Virus record (IMG/VR): IMGVR_UViG_3300044614_002195
Coordinates: 32,001-96,000 of that record
DNA: 64,000 nt
Strand: one strand, 5' to 3'
Source of the DNA: a virus
Below the pieces are notes generated by a model. The model saw only the letters and a list, made by a program, of their open reading frames with translations, had not been told where the DNA came from and did no database searches. Made by a program: the position numbers and the translations under genes. This document shows, piece by piece, positions 17,058-26,361 of the stretch (position 1 is its first letter; each line of letters opens with the position of its first letter).

Positions 17058-17504
17058 ATGGCTACTCCTATACTAACAAGCGAAGAAGTCAGACTCTTCC
17101 TACAGGATAGAACTGAATTGAATCCTCTATTATTGGGTATAAGATTTACACCTGAAATGATAGAGCAGGCGATGATTAATACGGTAGACTATTATAATCT
17201 AATGAATCCTCCTACAGGAGAAATGCATGCATTAGAAACGTTTCCGTACAGATCACTATTACTTCTAGGTACAGCTTCATATCTACTTAGATCAGGAGCA
17301 ATAAACGAAGCAGCCAATTCGTTATCATATGCCGCAGACGGCATTCAAGTTAACGACAAGGATAAAGCTCAAATATTTATGTCTTTATCTCAAAATCTGC
17401 AGCAAGACTTCAAAGAGTTAGCCCAGCAGATAAAGATGAATCACAACATTAGTCAGATTTACGGAGTCAAGCATTCAGAGTATATCTACAGAAGAAGATA
17501 CTAA
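17058..17504 (+). CDS. Head-tail adaptor (neck) protein
   Basis: 148 aa helical protein starting ILTSEEVRLFLQD, first conserved-looking gene after MCP; typical adaptor position and size. Confidence 0.65.
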   Translation: MATPILTSEEVRLFLQDRTELNPLLLGIRFTPEMIEQAMINTVDYYNLMNPPTGEMHALETFPYRSLLLLGTASYLLRSGAINEAANSLSYAADGIQVNDKDKAQIFMSLSQNLQQDFKELAQQIKMNHNISQIYGVKHSEYIYRRRY

Positions 17505-17710
17505 TGGACATACAACCTAAAAAAACGCTGGCGGATAATATTGCGCAGTTAAACACTGTTTTGTCTCAGCTGCCAAGCACGGCAGGATTTCAAAAGAATT
17601 TCAAAGCTAAGTTAAAATTCTTGCAGTTAAAGAGAACAGCCAAGCATTGGATAGACGCAGTGACTGGAGCACATCATAGTAAGCATAAAGCAGATCAGCA
17701 GCCTCATTAG
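17504..17710 (+). CDS. Hypothetical protein, 68 aa
   Basis: Overlaps the previous stop (TAATG) and abuts the next gene. Confidence 0.6.
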   Translation: MDIQPKKTLADNIAQLNTVLSQLPSTAGFQKNFKAKLKFLQLKRTAKHWIDAVTGAHHSKHKADQQPH

Positions 17711-17711
17711 C

Positions 17712-18539
17712 ATGTCCACTATTAATAAAGTGTTTAGTAAACTAGTAGTTATCCCAGATTGGGGAGAAGGACACTTTATACAGTGGGAGCTAGATACCTT
17801 TTTTAAAGGACTAAGACCGTACAATTTTTCTTTAGAGATTTCTGAAACTATAGATTTTTCAGAAATAGTCGCAGTTAAAGAAAATCTTGGAGATGTGTTT
17901 TTTACTAGAGACACGACAAACATCAAACAAAACTGGGGCCCCAACCATACATATCGTGTAGTTTTAAATACAGCTGACGGTAAGCGATATGCTTCTCACC
18001 CTATGACTTTTGGCAGTGCTCCGCAGGAAAAACAAAAGTATGCAATGGCCGCCGAAATTATTAGAAAAGAAATACTGATGTGTAGATATGCAGGCACATC
18101 TGGCTGGCTTTTAAAAAGAAAAGGCTATAGCGCTAAAAATAAAAAAACATTAAGCCGTAACATAGACCCTGTTTCAGGTATACCTATAGCAGATACAGCT
18201 TATGAGGATTATGGAGTAGGTATAGATGGGGGCTATTTTGATCCTGTACCTTGTGCTTTTTATGCAGACGCAAACAGTCAGGATAAACAATTAGACCCTA
18301 GCGGCCTTGGCGTTAAAGAAAACTATTCATCAGCTGTAAGGTCTCCTGGATATCCTTTAATTGATGTGCGTGATATTATCTGCTCAGCCGACGGAGGACA
18401 AAGATATAGTGTGCAGAGCAAAAACGATAAACAGTTACCAGGCAGCAATATAACAATACTGCAGAAGCTTACATTAAATCTGATTCCTCCATCCGATACA
18501 ATTTATTCAATAGCTATACCTCTTCCGTTATATGTCTGA
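17712..18539 (+). CDS. Putative head-closure/neck protein
   Basis: Position between adaptor and terminator; YGVGIDGGYFDP and PLIDVRDII..DGGQRYSV segments. Confidence 0.55.
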   Translation: MSTINKVFSKLVVIPDWGEGHFIQWELDTFFKGLRPYNFSLEISETIDFSEIVAVKENLGDVFFTRDTTNIKQNWGPNHTYRVVLNTADGKRYASHPMTFGSAPQEKQKYAMAAEIIRKEILMCRYAGTSGWLLKRKGYSAKNKKTLSRNIDPVSGIPIADTAYEDYGVGIDGGYFDPVPCAFYADANSQDKQLDPSGLGVKENYSSAVRSPGYPLIDVRDIICSADGGQRYSVQSKNDKQLPGSNITILQKLTLNLIPPSDTIYSIAIPLPLYV

Positions 18540-19254
18540 CGCTAATCACGATAATAATTATAATCAGAGAGAGTTGACTACTTGTGACGAGGAGTTTATT
18601 TCGCATACCTCAGCATATAGAAGAGAACAGGACGCAAAAGACGAGCGCGAGATGGTATTAACTCCGTGGACGGTTCAAAATATATGCTACGAGGTTATAA
18701 AAAATTATATGATTGCAAATCCTCCTCAAAAGCAAGGATATAGATTTGCTCAAACATACGACCCAGACGATTTAAAAACCGGAATTGCTCTTGAAATTGC
18801 TTTTGCCTACAAAGATACAGTAATTCAAAAAAGGCCTGCAATATATGTGGGGAGAGGCGAAGTGAACTACCAATTTCCTACAATCAATCAGACTATGGGA
18901 GGAAACTCGAAAGAATCTGAGAAAAACAGATTTGGTATGGGGCAGATGCCTATAAATATTTCAATCGTAGCTACAAACGTAGGTTTTGCAGAACAATTAA
19001 CAGACTATATATCTAAAGTATTTTTTAACTACCAAGAAATAATTAAAAATGATTTCTGTATACGTCAATTAAAGCTAGTAAGTATAAGCCCACCTAGCTT
19101 ATACTTAGAAAGTAAAGATCACATAGCTATAACCATTATGCTTTTAGCCACGTTTGATTTAACGGCGGTTATCAGAGGAGATGACTTAAAGCTAAAAACC
19201 GTAGCATACACAATATTTACAAATTGCCTGAACGGCACAGTATTTCATCAGTAA
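18532..19254 (+). CDS. Putative tail terminator/completion protein
   Basis: 240 aa immediately upstream of the sheath; KRPAIYVGRG and alpha/beta pattern typical of terminators. Confidence 0.6.
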   Translation: MSDANHDNNYNQRELTTCDEEFISHTSAYRREQDAKDEREMVLTPWTVQNICYEVIKNYMIANPPQKQGYRFAQTYDPDDLKTGIALEIAFAYKDTVIQKRPAIYVGRGEVNYQFPTINQTMGGNSKESEKNRFGMGQMPINISIVATNVGFAEQLTDYISKVFFNYQEIIKNDFCIRQLKLVSISPPSLYLESKDHIAITIMLLATFDLTAVIRGDDLKLKTVAYTIFTNCLNGTVFHQ

Positions 19255-19267
19255 AAATCAAAAATAG

Positions 19268-19296
19268 TTGCAACACTAAAAAAATTCAGTTAAACT
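19268..19296 (+). promoter_or_regulatory. sigma70-type promoter TTGCAA-17-TAAACT
   Basis: Intergenic, exact spacing, upstream of the sheath gene. Confidence 0.7.
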
Positions 19297-19338
19297 TATA
19301 TAGTATAAATCAAAAAAAATACACAGGAGAAATAAAAT

Positions 19339-22300
19339 ATGTACATCACACCTAGAGTCTTAATTCAACAGGAATTCGCACAAGTCGCAGTATACAGGGA
19401 ATTCCCAATGCCTGCTTTCATTATTGGGCCACATTATGGGTTGACCCGTTATAATGTAAGTAGTGAAAAGCCTAATACGATTTTAAACTCCCTTGATGGA
19501 GAACTGCTCACTTCGGGCAATTCTTACATTGCTGACCAGGATACGCGCTACAGCTTTTCAAATATTAAGCCTGGAGGAGAAGTAGATCACACCTTCACTA
19601 AGGTTTATGCGGAAGGTGTCGAAGCCCAGTACTTCCCTAACGAAGATTTAGGTTCTGACGACATCGCATTTTTGGATGCCGTAGAATTAATCGAAGGACC
19701 TGTAGGTAAGCCTTACGCCAACAAAGTCAGATTTTCAAATTTGATTCTTAAGACAGAAAACGGTTACGATCGCTCTGAGTACTTCTCAAACCGCGACGTA
19801 AATGTTGGCGATTTGATTAACATTACAGATGATCTCGGCAATACTCTCAAGGCCAGAATCACTGATCTGGTTGCCGAAACGTCAGACACAGATGTCAGCT
19901 TGGCTTCAGAAATTGCTGAAGTTAAGTACGACGGCAACGACGGAGTAACCAACGGCACGAGAACGTTTGTCTCCGCTAGCGCAGACTTTGCGGCCTCCGA
20001 AGTGGTTGGGCAGTACATCACAATCTATCATATCGAAAATACTCCAGGAGTATTTAAGATTTTAGCTTGCACAGACAATCATACGCTTGTGCTTGATAAG
20101 GTGGCGCCCTCCCACTCCAATCGCGCATGGTCAATAGGAGGCGTATATAACGATGTAAACAATACGGCCTGGCAGTCCTCGAGTTACAACAGCGCTCCTG
20201 TCAGTATAGGCACAACTAACGCAACCGTTGTTGTTGATAATGTATCTGAGGCTTATGTAGGCTACGCAGCCAAAGGAATTGTAACTGACACCTATACCGC
20301 GACAGTCACAACTTCCGGTAACGCGACCACCGCGCGTTTCTCGGTTTCTTCGGCAAACGGAGCATTCTCGACAAAGACAGACCTGTCTCTTGATGACCTG
20401 TTCCTTAGCCTTGATGAAGCAAACGGCAACGCTGCTGGTATTGAATTCACCGAAGCCGAAGGAGCAACACTAGCTTTCGCCAAGGGGAACTCCTGGTCTA
20501 TCGGTCAGTTCATTGCTGCCGTTGAGCCTACAAATCCAACAACTGACGGAGAATACACCGGCACAGTAGACGCCACATATACAATCCGAGTAGATCGTGG
20601 CGGCGCTTTCTTTGACGGAAGCAATGCAGCTACCTGCGCCAGAATTACCATCAATTCGTCCAGCGTGGATGCATCTACGACAATTCTTCCCCGCATCGAC
20701 ACTTCATTCAATGTTGGAAGTCATGGTGTGACTGCTATGTTTGAGTCCGCCACGAATAACGGGGGTTTAATTGTAGGGGACACGTACTACATCCCAGTTA
20801 GATCAGCAAGATTAGGCGCAGTTAGAATTGTAGAGCTTTCCGAGGCCCTGCCACAGGTCACACTGGAAGCAGCCTCATCACTCACAGTCACACTGGCAAT
20901 CCATCAGGCAAGCATCAACATTCCGGAAATGCGTAGCCTTGTGGATGATTCGGTTAACTGGAGTCAGGAAGAAAACTACATCACCATTAATGCAGGAATT
21001 ACTTCCTATAACTCTTCCTTGCTAAGCTCTACATTAGAGCCTGCAAGATTACCGATTAACAGCGCTAAGCTTTTTGCGGAGCACAGAGACTTGTTACAGG
21101 ACTACGTAAATGCTATTGATGACGTGAGAAGCCTTGCAGATGTGGAGCGTAAGTTGGGAACAATTCATCCTGATAACCCATTAGCGCAGGGTGTATATGA
21201 CGCTGTCCTCAACGCCGCAAACGCTATCGTTTACTTCATCGCAGTAGAGACCGATGACTTAAGTGGTTATGCGAAGAGCATAAAGATCTCTGAAAAGAGC
21301 GATAAGGTTTACAGCTTTGTGCCTATGACCTTCGACAGAACAATTCAGGATGCCGTGGTGTCACATGTGAATGCCTACAGTACACCTGAGGTTGGTCGCT
21401 GGAGAATTTGCTGGCTTGCCGCTAAGGACGAGCCCACCAGATTAATATACGACCTCAAGGAAGACGGTAGCGACTACCAGGCCACAATCACAGACGACAC
21501 GGCTGTTTCAGGTACACAGAATAAACTTGTCACAATTCAAGGAGCTAAATTTATTGAAGACGGCGTACGTCCAAATGACACACTCAGAATTAACTTCAGG
21601 CTCCGCGCGGACGGTAAGCGTACATATGACGAGTATGTTGTTGACCGTGTGAGAACAAACACAACTTTAGTATTAACGAGGAGCTTAGCCACACCTATCA
21701 GCTCGCCTGTTAAAGCTCAAGTTGTGCGTAACTTCACTAAGTCCGAAAGGGCAACAAACATCGCATACACTGCAGGAGAGTACAATAATCGTCGTGTGCG
21801 TATGGTGTTCCCTGATACCTATAAGTATGGAGGGGTTGTGAAGCAGGGTTATTTTGCAGCCGCAGGATTAGCAGGATTACGCTCCGGCGTGGTACCTCAC
21901 CAGGGTCTCACAAACTCTGAGTTCCTTGGAGCTGACGATTTAACTAAGGTGGTAATAGACTTCACTGCGGATGACCTCAATACAATCGCAGAGCAGGGTG
22001 TGTGGGTTATTACCCAAGAAGTGATTGGAGCTACCCCATATGTAAGACACCAGCTTACAACCGACGAGCGTAGCTTAAATACCTCGGAAGATTCTATCAC
22101 AACAAACGTCGATAACATCAGCTACGCGCTCAAGCACACGCTGACTCCGTTTATTGGCAGATACAACATAAATGACGACAACTTGCTCGCCGTTTATGCT
22201 GCTGTTGTCAAAGAATTAACATTCAGAGCCTCTAGTACTAGAACCATCAGAGCAGGTAACCAGCTCACAAGCTTTACGCCTGCAGACGATATTCTTCTAT

Positions 22301-22401
22301 TACAAGTCAATCCTACCTATAAGGACAGGATTGATGTAGAAGTCAGGCTCAATGTTCCATATCCCTTGAACTTCATTAACTTGAAATTGATAGTGGAGTA
22401 A
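19339..22401 (+). CDS. Contractile tail sheath protein with inserted beta domains
   Basis: N-term MYITPRVLIQQEF, C-terminal sheath core (HPDNPLAQGV, AAAGLAGL..PHQGLTN, VRHQLTT, DRIDVEVRLNVPYPLNFINLKL). Confidence 0.92.
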   Translation: MYITPRVLIQQEFAQVAVYREFPMPAFIIGPHYGLTRYNVSSEKPNTILNSLDGELLTSGNSYIADQDTRYSFSNIKPGGEVDHTFTKVYAEGVEAQYFPNEDLGSDDIAFLDAVELIEGPVGKPYANKVRFSNLILKTENGYDRSEYFSNRDVNVGDLINITDDLGNTLKARITDLVAETSDTDVSLASEIAEVKYDGNDGVTNGTRTFVSASADFAASEVVGQYITIYHIENTPGVFKILACTDNHTLVLDKVAPSHSNRAWSIGGVYNDVNNTAWQSSSYNSAPVSIGTTNATVVVDNVSEAYVGYAAKGIVTDTYTATVTTSGNATTARFSVSSANGAFSTKTDLSLDDLFLSLDEANGNAAGIEFTEAEGATLAFAKGNSWSIGQFIAAVEPTNPTTDGEYTGTVDATYTIRVDRGGAFFDGSNAATCARITINSSSVDASTTILPRIDTSFNVGSHGVTAMFESATNNGGLIVGDTYYIPVRSARLGAVRIVELSEALPQVTLEAASSLTVTLAIHQASINIPEMRSLVDDSVNWSQEENYITINAGITSYNSSLLSSTLEPARLPINSAKLFAEHRDLLQDYVNAIDDVRSLADVERKLGTIHPDNPLAQGVYDAVLNAANAIVYFIAVETDDLSGYAKSIKISEKSDKVYSFVPMTFDRTIQDAVVSHVNAYSTPEVGRWRICWLAAKDEPTRLIYDLKEDGSDYQATITDDTAVSGTQNKLVTIQGAKFIEDGVRPNDTLRINFRLRADGKRTYDEYVVDRVRTNTTLVLTRSLATPISSPVKAQVVRNFTKSERATNIAYTAGEYNNRRVRMVFPDTYKYGGVVKQGYFAAAGLAGLRSGVVPHQGLTNSEFLGADDLTKVVIDFTADDLNTIAEQGVWVITQEVIGATPYVRHQLTTDERSLNTSEDSITTNVDNISYALKHTLTPFIGRYNINDDNLLAVYAAVVKELTFRASSTRTIRAGNQLTSFTPADDILLLQVNPTYKDRIDVEVRLNVPYPLNFINLKLIVE

Positions 22402-22405
22402 ACAT

Positions 22406-22639
22406 ATGACCTCCTTTTCAGCAGGGTTCATAGCTGAAGCCGCAGTAATGGGGTTGTCCTCTTCGGAGGCAACCCAGTTACTTAAAAGAGCTGCAGAATA
22501 TCCAGGGATGGAGCAATTAACATCTCATGAGCACAACACTGAAGAAGACCCTTCCTCCATGGATGTGTTAAAAGAACTTCTACAGCAGGACATGATAAAC
22601 AAAAATTTTGGTGGGTATAAACACAAAATTAATATCTAA
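22406..22639 (+). CDS. Small protein with head-type N-terminal motif, between sheath and tube
   Basis: SFSAGFIAEAAVMGLSSSEATQLLKRA matches the motif in 7878, 12104 and 14767. Confidence 0.65.
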   Translation: MTSFSAGFIAEAAVMGLSSSEATQLLKRAAEYPGMEQLTSHEHNTEEDPSSMDVLKELLQQDMINKNFGGYKHKINI

Positions 22640-22842
22640 TGAAAGTAGTAGTCACAGGCGATTTCAGAGAGCCTATCTTGCTTGATACAGATAAAGCCAC
22701 AGGTCTTTTAATATTCTCTGACGAAGGCAGGCCTAATGTAATATATAGGATAGTCGGAAAAGGAAGAGCCTGGGTTAGATATACTAAAGGCGAAGATGAA
22801 AATTTTGACGAAGTAGCAAAATCTCTAGGACTATTAAAATAA
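22639..22842 (+). CDS. Hypothetical protein, 67 aa
   Basis: TAATG overlap with the previous gene. Confidence 0.6.
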   Translation: MKVVVTGDFREPILLDTDKATGLLIFSDEGRPNVIYRIVGKGRAWVRYTKGEDENFDEVAKSLGLLK

Positions 22843-22853
22843 AACTAATACCG

Positions 22854-22882
22854 TTGCATTTAAATAGTAAAAGAGCTATAAT
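22854..22882 (+). promoter_or_regulatory. sigma70-type promoter TTGCAT-17-TATAAT
   Basis: Near-consensus, intergenic, upstream of the tube gene. Confidence 0.8.
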
Positions 22883-22914
22883 ATTAACATCAACAACAAA
22901 CCTAATAAAAACAT

Positions 22915-23337
22915 ATGGCAGATTTATATAAACATCAACACGCAACAGCAATAGCGCCATTTACGACAGACAAGTGCGCCATAAATTGGGGAGGACCTGT
23001 TTTCGCAGCAAACCAGGTATCTGTATCCTATACGCAGCAGGTGCAACGCAGACGTACTATTGGAAATAAAAACGTTATGCTCTGGGCAAATTTACCTAGC
23101 GGTCAGATTACTATAGCTAGAATGATGGGAGAAAACTCGAAAGAGATTTACAGTAAAAATGGCTGGAACATGTGTACCCCTACAGATATCACGCTTGAAA
23201 CAAAAGGCTGCAAAGGCTCAGTTAAATTTACAGCCAAAGATTGTCTTGTTGTCAATTATCAGATACAGCTTGAAACAGAAGGATTGACTGTTATCGATAA
23301 TCTTACTGTCGAATTCCTTGAGTTATCCCAAGGGTAA
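22915..23337 (+). CDS. Tail tube protein
   Basis: 140 aa after the sheath; VSVSYTQQVQRRRTIG...PSGQITIARMMG beta pattern. Confidence 0.75.
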   Translation: MADLYKHQHATAIAPFTTDKCAINWGGPVFAANQVSVSYTQQVQRRRTIGNKNVMLWANLPSGQITIARMMGENSKEIYSKNGWNMCTPTDITLETKGCKGSVKFTAKDCLVVNYQIQLETEGLTVIDNLTVEFLELSQG

Positions 23338-23363
23338 TTCTGAAGTACTTCTAGTATATTTCC

Positions 23364-23392
23364 TTGCAACAATAGCCCTAGCCTTATATATT
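23364..23392 (+). promoter_or_regulatory. sigma70-type promoter TTGCAA-17-TATATT overlapped by a hairpin
   Basis: -35 at 23364-23369, -10 at 23387-23392 inside the loop of the 23371-23407 inverted repeat. Confidence 0.55.
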
Positions 23393-23407
23393 GAGGCTAG
23401 GGTTATT
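23371..23407 (+). terminator. 14-bp hairpin after tube gene (terminator or regulatory)
   Basis: AATAGCCCTAGCCT / AGGCTAGGGTTATT with one G-U pair, 9-nt loop, T-rich tail. Confidence 0.65.
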
Positions 23408-23411
23408 TATT

Positions 23412-25760
23412 ATGTATATTAGAGAATATCAATCTGCAGACGTTTTTACTGCTGTCGTAATCACTAACAACGCAGGCACAGGAATAGTAAGTGTAATCAG
23501 GGAGTCTTATGGTGGAGCGGAAGCCGACTTTGGCTTTGAAATGCAAGGTATCCCATTAGGTTCGACTATTGCCACCTATCTAGGCTTTAAAGAATCATGT
23601 TTACCTCAACCAGGCTCTAGAGTGGTATGCATCAAATTTGCTTCGACTCATTGCTATATTATAGGCGTAATTCCTGAGGAAGCTGTCGGAGGCGAAGCTA
23701 TACCTTTAAGATCTATGCTGGGAGCCGGAGACGCGTCAAACGACTCTGCGAACAACCAAGGAATTACAGATAGAATAAGTATAGTAACAGACTTACAGAA
23801 ACCTTCCGACGTAGTTGATGGTGAGCACGTAGTCAGTAATGAGTTTGGCGTTTTACTTGGGTTATACCAACAGCTAGCCAATTTAAAAGGCTCTGAGCTA
23901 GCGCAAATTCAATGCTTCCTGTTGGATGATTTGGTTAGAGTTGTAAGCCATAATTTTCAACATTACACAGCTCTAGGCGAGTATAATATATATCACGACG
24001 GTAAAAAAATAATGGCCGAGTTCGGTGCCACGCATTTACCGAAAGAATCTTACGGAGCCACGGACTCTCCAACATTTCAAACAGACGAAGGCGCCTCTAA
24101 AGATGACTCTAAAGATCATTATAAGATAGAGGGAGACGAGCGCTTAAAGGCAATAGAAAGATTTAAGATTTTCCTGGGAGGGCTAGGAGATTTCCTTCAT
24201 ATTTTTCTAGTAAAACCTGCTGAAGAAGCCAGAAAACTAGACCCAGGATCTAGCGTAAGCGAGCCTGATAGAGGTCTCTTTAATATGCATGTGGGTACAG
24301 ATGGGGGACTACATTTAAGAAGCCTAAAGGAAGTATTTATTGAAAAAACTAATTGGATCAGGGTGCCTATCAGAAAAGCTGCTCCTGATGACCCAAAAGG
24401 AGATGATGCTGGGGAATTAAACTACGAAAAAAAGAAAAAATTTGAATTTGATGACTCAGTTAAATATCTAGACAACCCTTTTGCTTACAGCTTACAGCTT
24501 AAAGACTATGTAGCTTATGTTAACGAAAAACTAGGCTATCAGAATTTTAAAACACACGAAAAAGATTTCGACGTAAACGACAGTATAGGTAAAGAGAAAA
24601 AAATACCCGAAATAGACGAAATTGATGAGGAAACTAAATTAAATTTATCTGAGTATAAACTACGCACAGCGGGCATATATCTGATGCCTAATGGCGGTAT
24701 CACGATCAGAGACGCATGGAACTCCTCTATTGTTCTAGAGGGCGGAAACATCTATTTACAGCCAGCCAAAGATCTCATGTCTCTACCTTTAAGACATGAT
24801 ATAGTTAAAGCTGGAGGCTCTGTAAGTATTGCAAGTAGAAAGCACATGGATTTATCATCTACCGATGAAGGTATTAGATTAAAGGCTGAGAAATCAGCAT
24901 ACATCTACAGCAATAAAGGTGGAATTGTACTGGAATCTGCAGGAAACGAAGACACTCCAGGCACCCCAGAAGAGGAAGCACTGGAGTATGTGGGAGGTAT
25001 AGTACTCAAATCGGCTTTAGGTATATACAACTACGCAGCTGGAAATATATTGAATTATACTGTTAAAGACTTTTACATAGAAGCCACAGAGGCACTATAT
25101 GCAGTAGGTTCAAATGTGGTTCTTTTTGGCAAGAAAGGCTTTCTTGTGCTTGCAAAGAAAGGCTTTGATTTAATAAGTAAAACAACCACAACTTTAATGA
25201 GTGTAGGTAATGCAATGTTTGGCGGAATAGGCGCCACTTCTTTAGGAATGAAAGACCAAAAGCTAGGAATCAAAGCAACTCCAAAATTTGGGTGGCTAGA
25301 CGGAAAACCTCCCGAAGGTGTTGTAAACTTTCAAAGCTACTACGACGGTTATGAGGCAGATAAACAAATGAATGAGACCTTCGACTCTCTCCTTAAGTTT
25401 ACTGTGTTTGAGGAAAAACAAAAGTTTGAAGACTTAAAGTTTAGATTTTTAAAATCTCTAAAATACAACTTATCGGACGAGGAAGATTGTATAGTTGGGT
25501 CGCTAGCCCAGCAAGACGACCTAGTAAGTAATGCATTGAAACTTGAGACTTGGACTGAAAAAGAAGTAAATGAAACCATGCCTTTTCCAGGCAAAGAAAA
25601 AGGAGAAAAATATTACTTTTCTCCAGGCAAACTAACTAACCTAGAGAAAAGCCCTGACGACAAAGACCTTATTAACAAGGCGGACTCGAAAGAAAAAATG
25701 GAAGATAAAGCCAAAAAGGTTTCGTTATTTACAGAATATAAAGTACAAAAATCAAGTTAA
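23412..25760 (+). CDS. Central spike / gp5-gpV-like baseplate protein (probable start ATG 23412)
   Basis: N-terminal OB-like region (LPQPGSRVVC) and C-terminal short beta-strand repeats (GGITIRDAWNSSIVLEGGNIYLQ, GIRLKAE, GGIVLES). Confidence 0.65.
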   Translation: MYIREYQSADVFTAVVITNNAGTGIVSVIRESYGGAEADFGFEMQGIPLGSTIATYLGFKESCLPQPGSRVVCIKFASTHCYIIGVIPEEAVGGEAIPLRSMLGAGDASNDSANNQGITDRISIVTDLQKPSDVVDGEHVVSNEFGVLLGLYQQLANLKGSELAQIQCFLLDDLVRVVSHNFQHYTALGEYNIYHDGKKIMAEFGATHLPKESYGATDSPTFQTDEGASKDDSKDHYKIEGDERLKAIERFKIFLGGLGDFLHIFLVKPAEEARKLDPGSSVSEPDRGLFNMHVGTDGGLHLRSLKEVFIEKTNWIRVPIRKAAPDDPKGDDAGELNYEKKKKFEFDDSVKYLDNPFAYSLQLKDYVAYVNEKLGYQNFKTHEKDFDVNDSIGKEKKIPEIDEIDEETKLNLSEYKLRTAGIYLMPNGGITIRDAWNSSIVLEGGNIYLQPAKDLMSLPLRHDIVKAGGSVSIASRKHMDLSSTDEGIRLKAEKSAYIYSNKGGIVLESAGNEDTPGTPEEEALEYVGGIVLKSALGIYNYAAGNILNYTVKDFYIEATEALYAVGSNVVLFGKKGFLVLAKKGFDLISKTTTTLMSVGNAMFGGIGATSLGMKDQKLGIKATPKFGWLDGKPPEGVVNFQSYYDGYEADKQMNETFDSLLKFTVFEEKQKFEDLKFRFLKSLKYNLSDEEDCIVGSLAQQDDLVSNALKLETWTEKEVNETMPFPGKEKGEKYYFSPGKLTNLEKSPDDKDLINKADSKEKMEDKAKKVSLFTEYKVQKSS

Positions 25761-25811
25761 GCTCGACAAGAACAATAAAATTTAGTCAAATCATTAAACC
25801 ACAAATAAAAT

Positions 25812-26327
25812 ATGGAAGAAACACAGCCATTCAATCAATCTATAGAAATGAATCCAGAACCTCCTAAGCAGGATTTAATTACCCCAGAAGACAAGGAAAG
25901 GTTCTTTAAAAGTATTCTAGCAAATACACCTTACGAAGAAACTATCAGTCTGTTTGACGGGCAGATGAAAGTACGCTTTAGAGCCATGAGTGTTAAAGAA
26001 AACAACGACGTGGTTGAACAGATTATCCAAGATAAAAAAAATGGTATGGCTGCCGATAATGACGCGTACTTCATCACCATTTCAACTTACAGACTAGCTA
26101 CGTCGCTTGTATCTATAGATGACAAGGAGTATTCAAGCGTCACTAAAGACAATTTTTCTGAAACGACAGAAAAAGATACATATATTCTAGCGAGAGCAAG
26201 GCCCATGCAAGCCTGGGCCACACCAAAGCTGTCCTTATTCTTGGATGCCTTTCAAAAATTTGAGGCAAAATTAGTTAAACTAACTAATGAGGTGCAGACT
26301 GCAAATTTTTGGAAAGCCAGCGCGTAA
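25812..26327 (+). CDS. Tail assembly chaperone
   Basis: 171 aa, two genes before the tape measure, ending at a slippery site. Confidence 0.75.
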   Translation: MEETQPFNQSIEMNPEPPKQDLITPEDKERFFKSILANTPYEETISLFDGQMKVRFRAMSVKENNDVVEQIIQDKKNGMAADNDAYFITISTYRLATSLVSIDDKEYSSVTKDNFSETTEKDTYILARARPMQAWATPKLSLFLDAFQKFEAKLVKLTNEVQTANFWKASA

Positions 26328-26361
26328 AATGCCTTACTGAAGGTTATCTGCGTGGCTGGCT
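26303..26361 (+). promoter_or_regulatory. Programmed -1 ribosomal frameshift signal
   Basis: A_AAT_TTT heptamer in phase at 26303-26309; 5-nt spacer; stem AGCCAGC (26315-21) / GCTGGCT (26355-61) enclosing a CCTT/AAGG hairpin. Confidence 0.8.
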
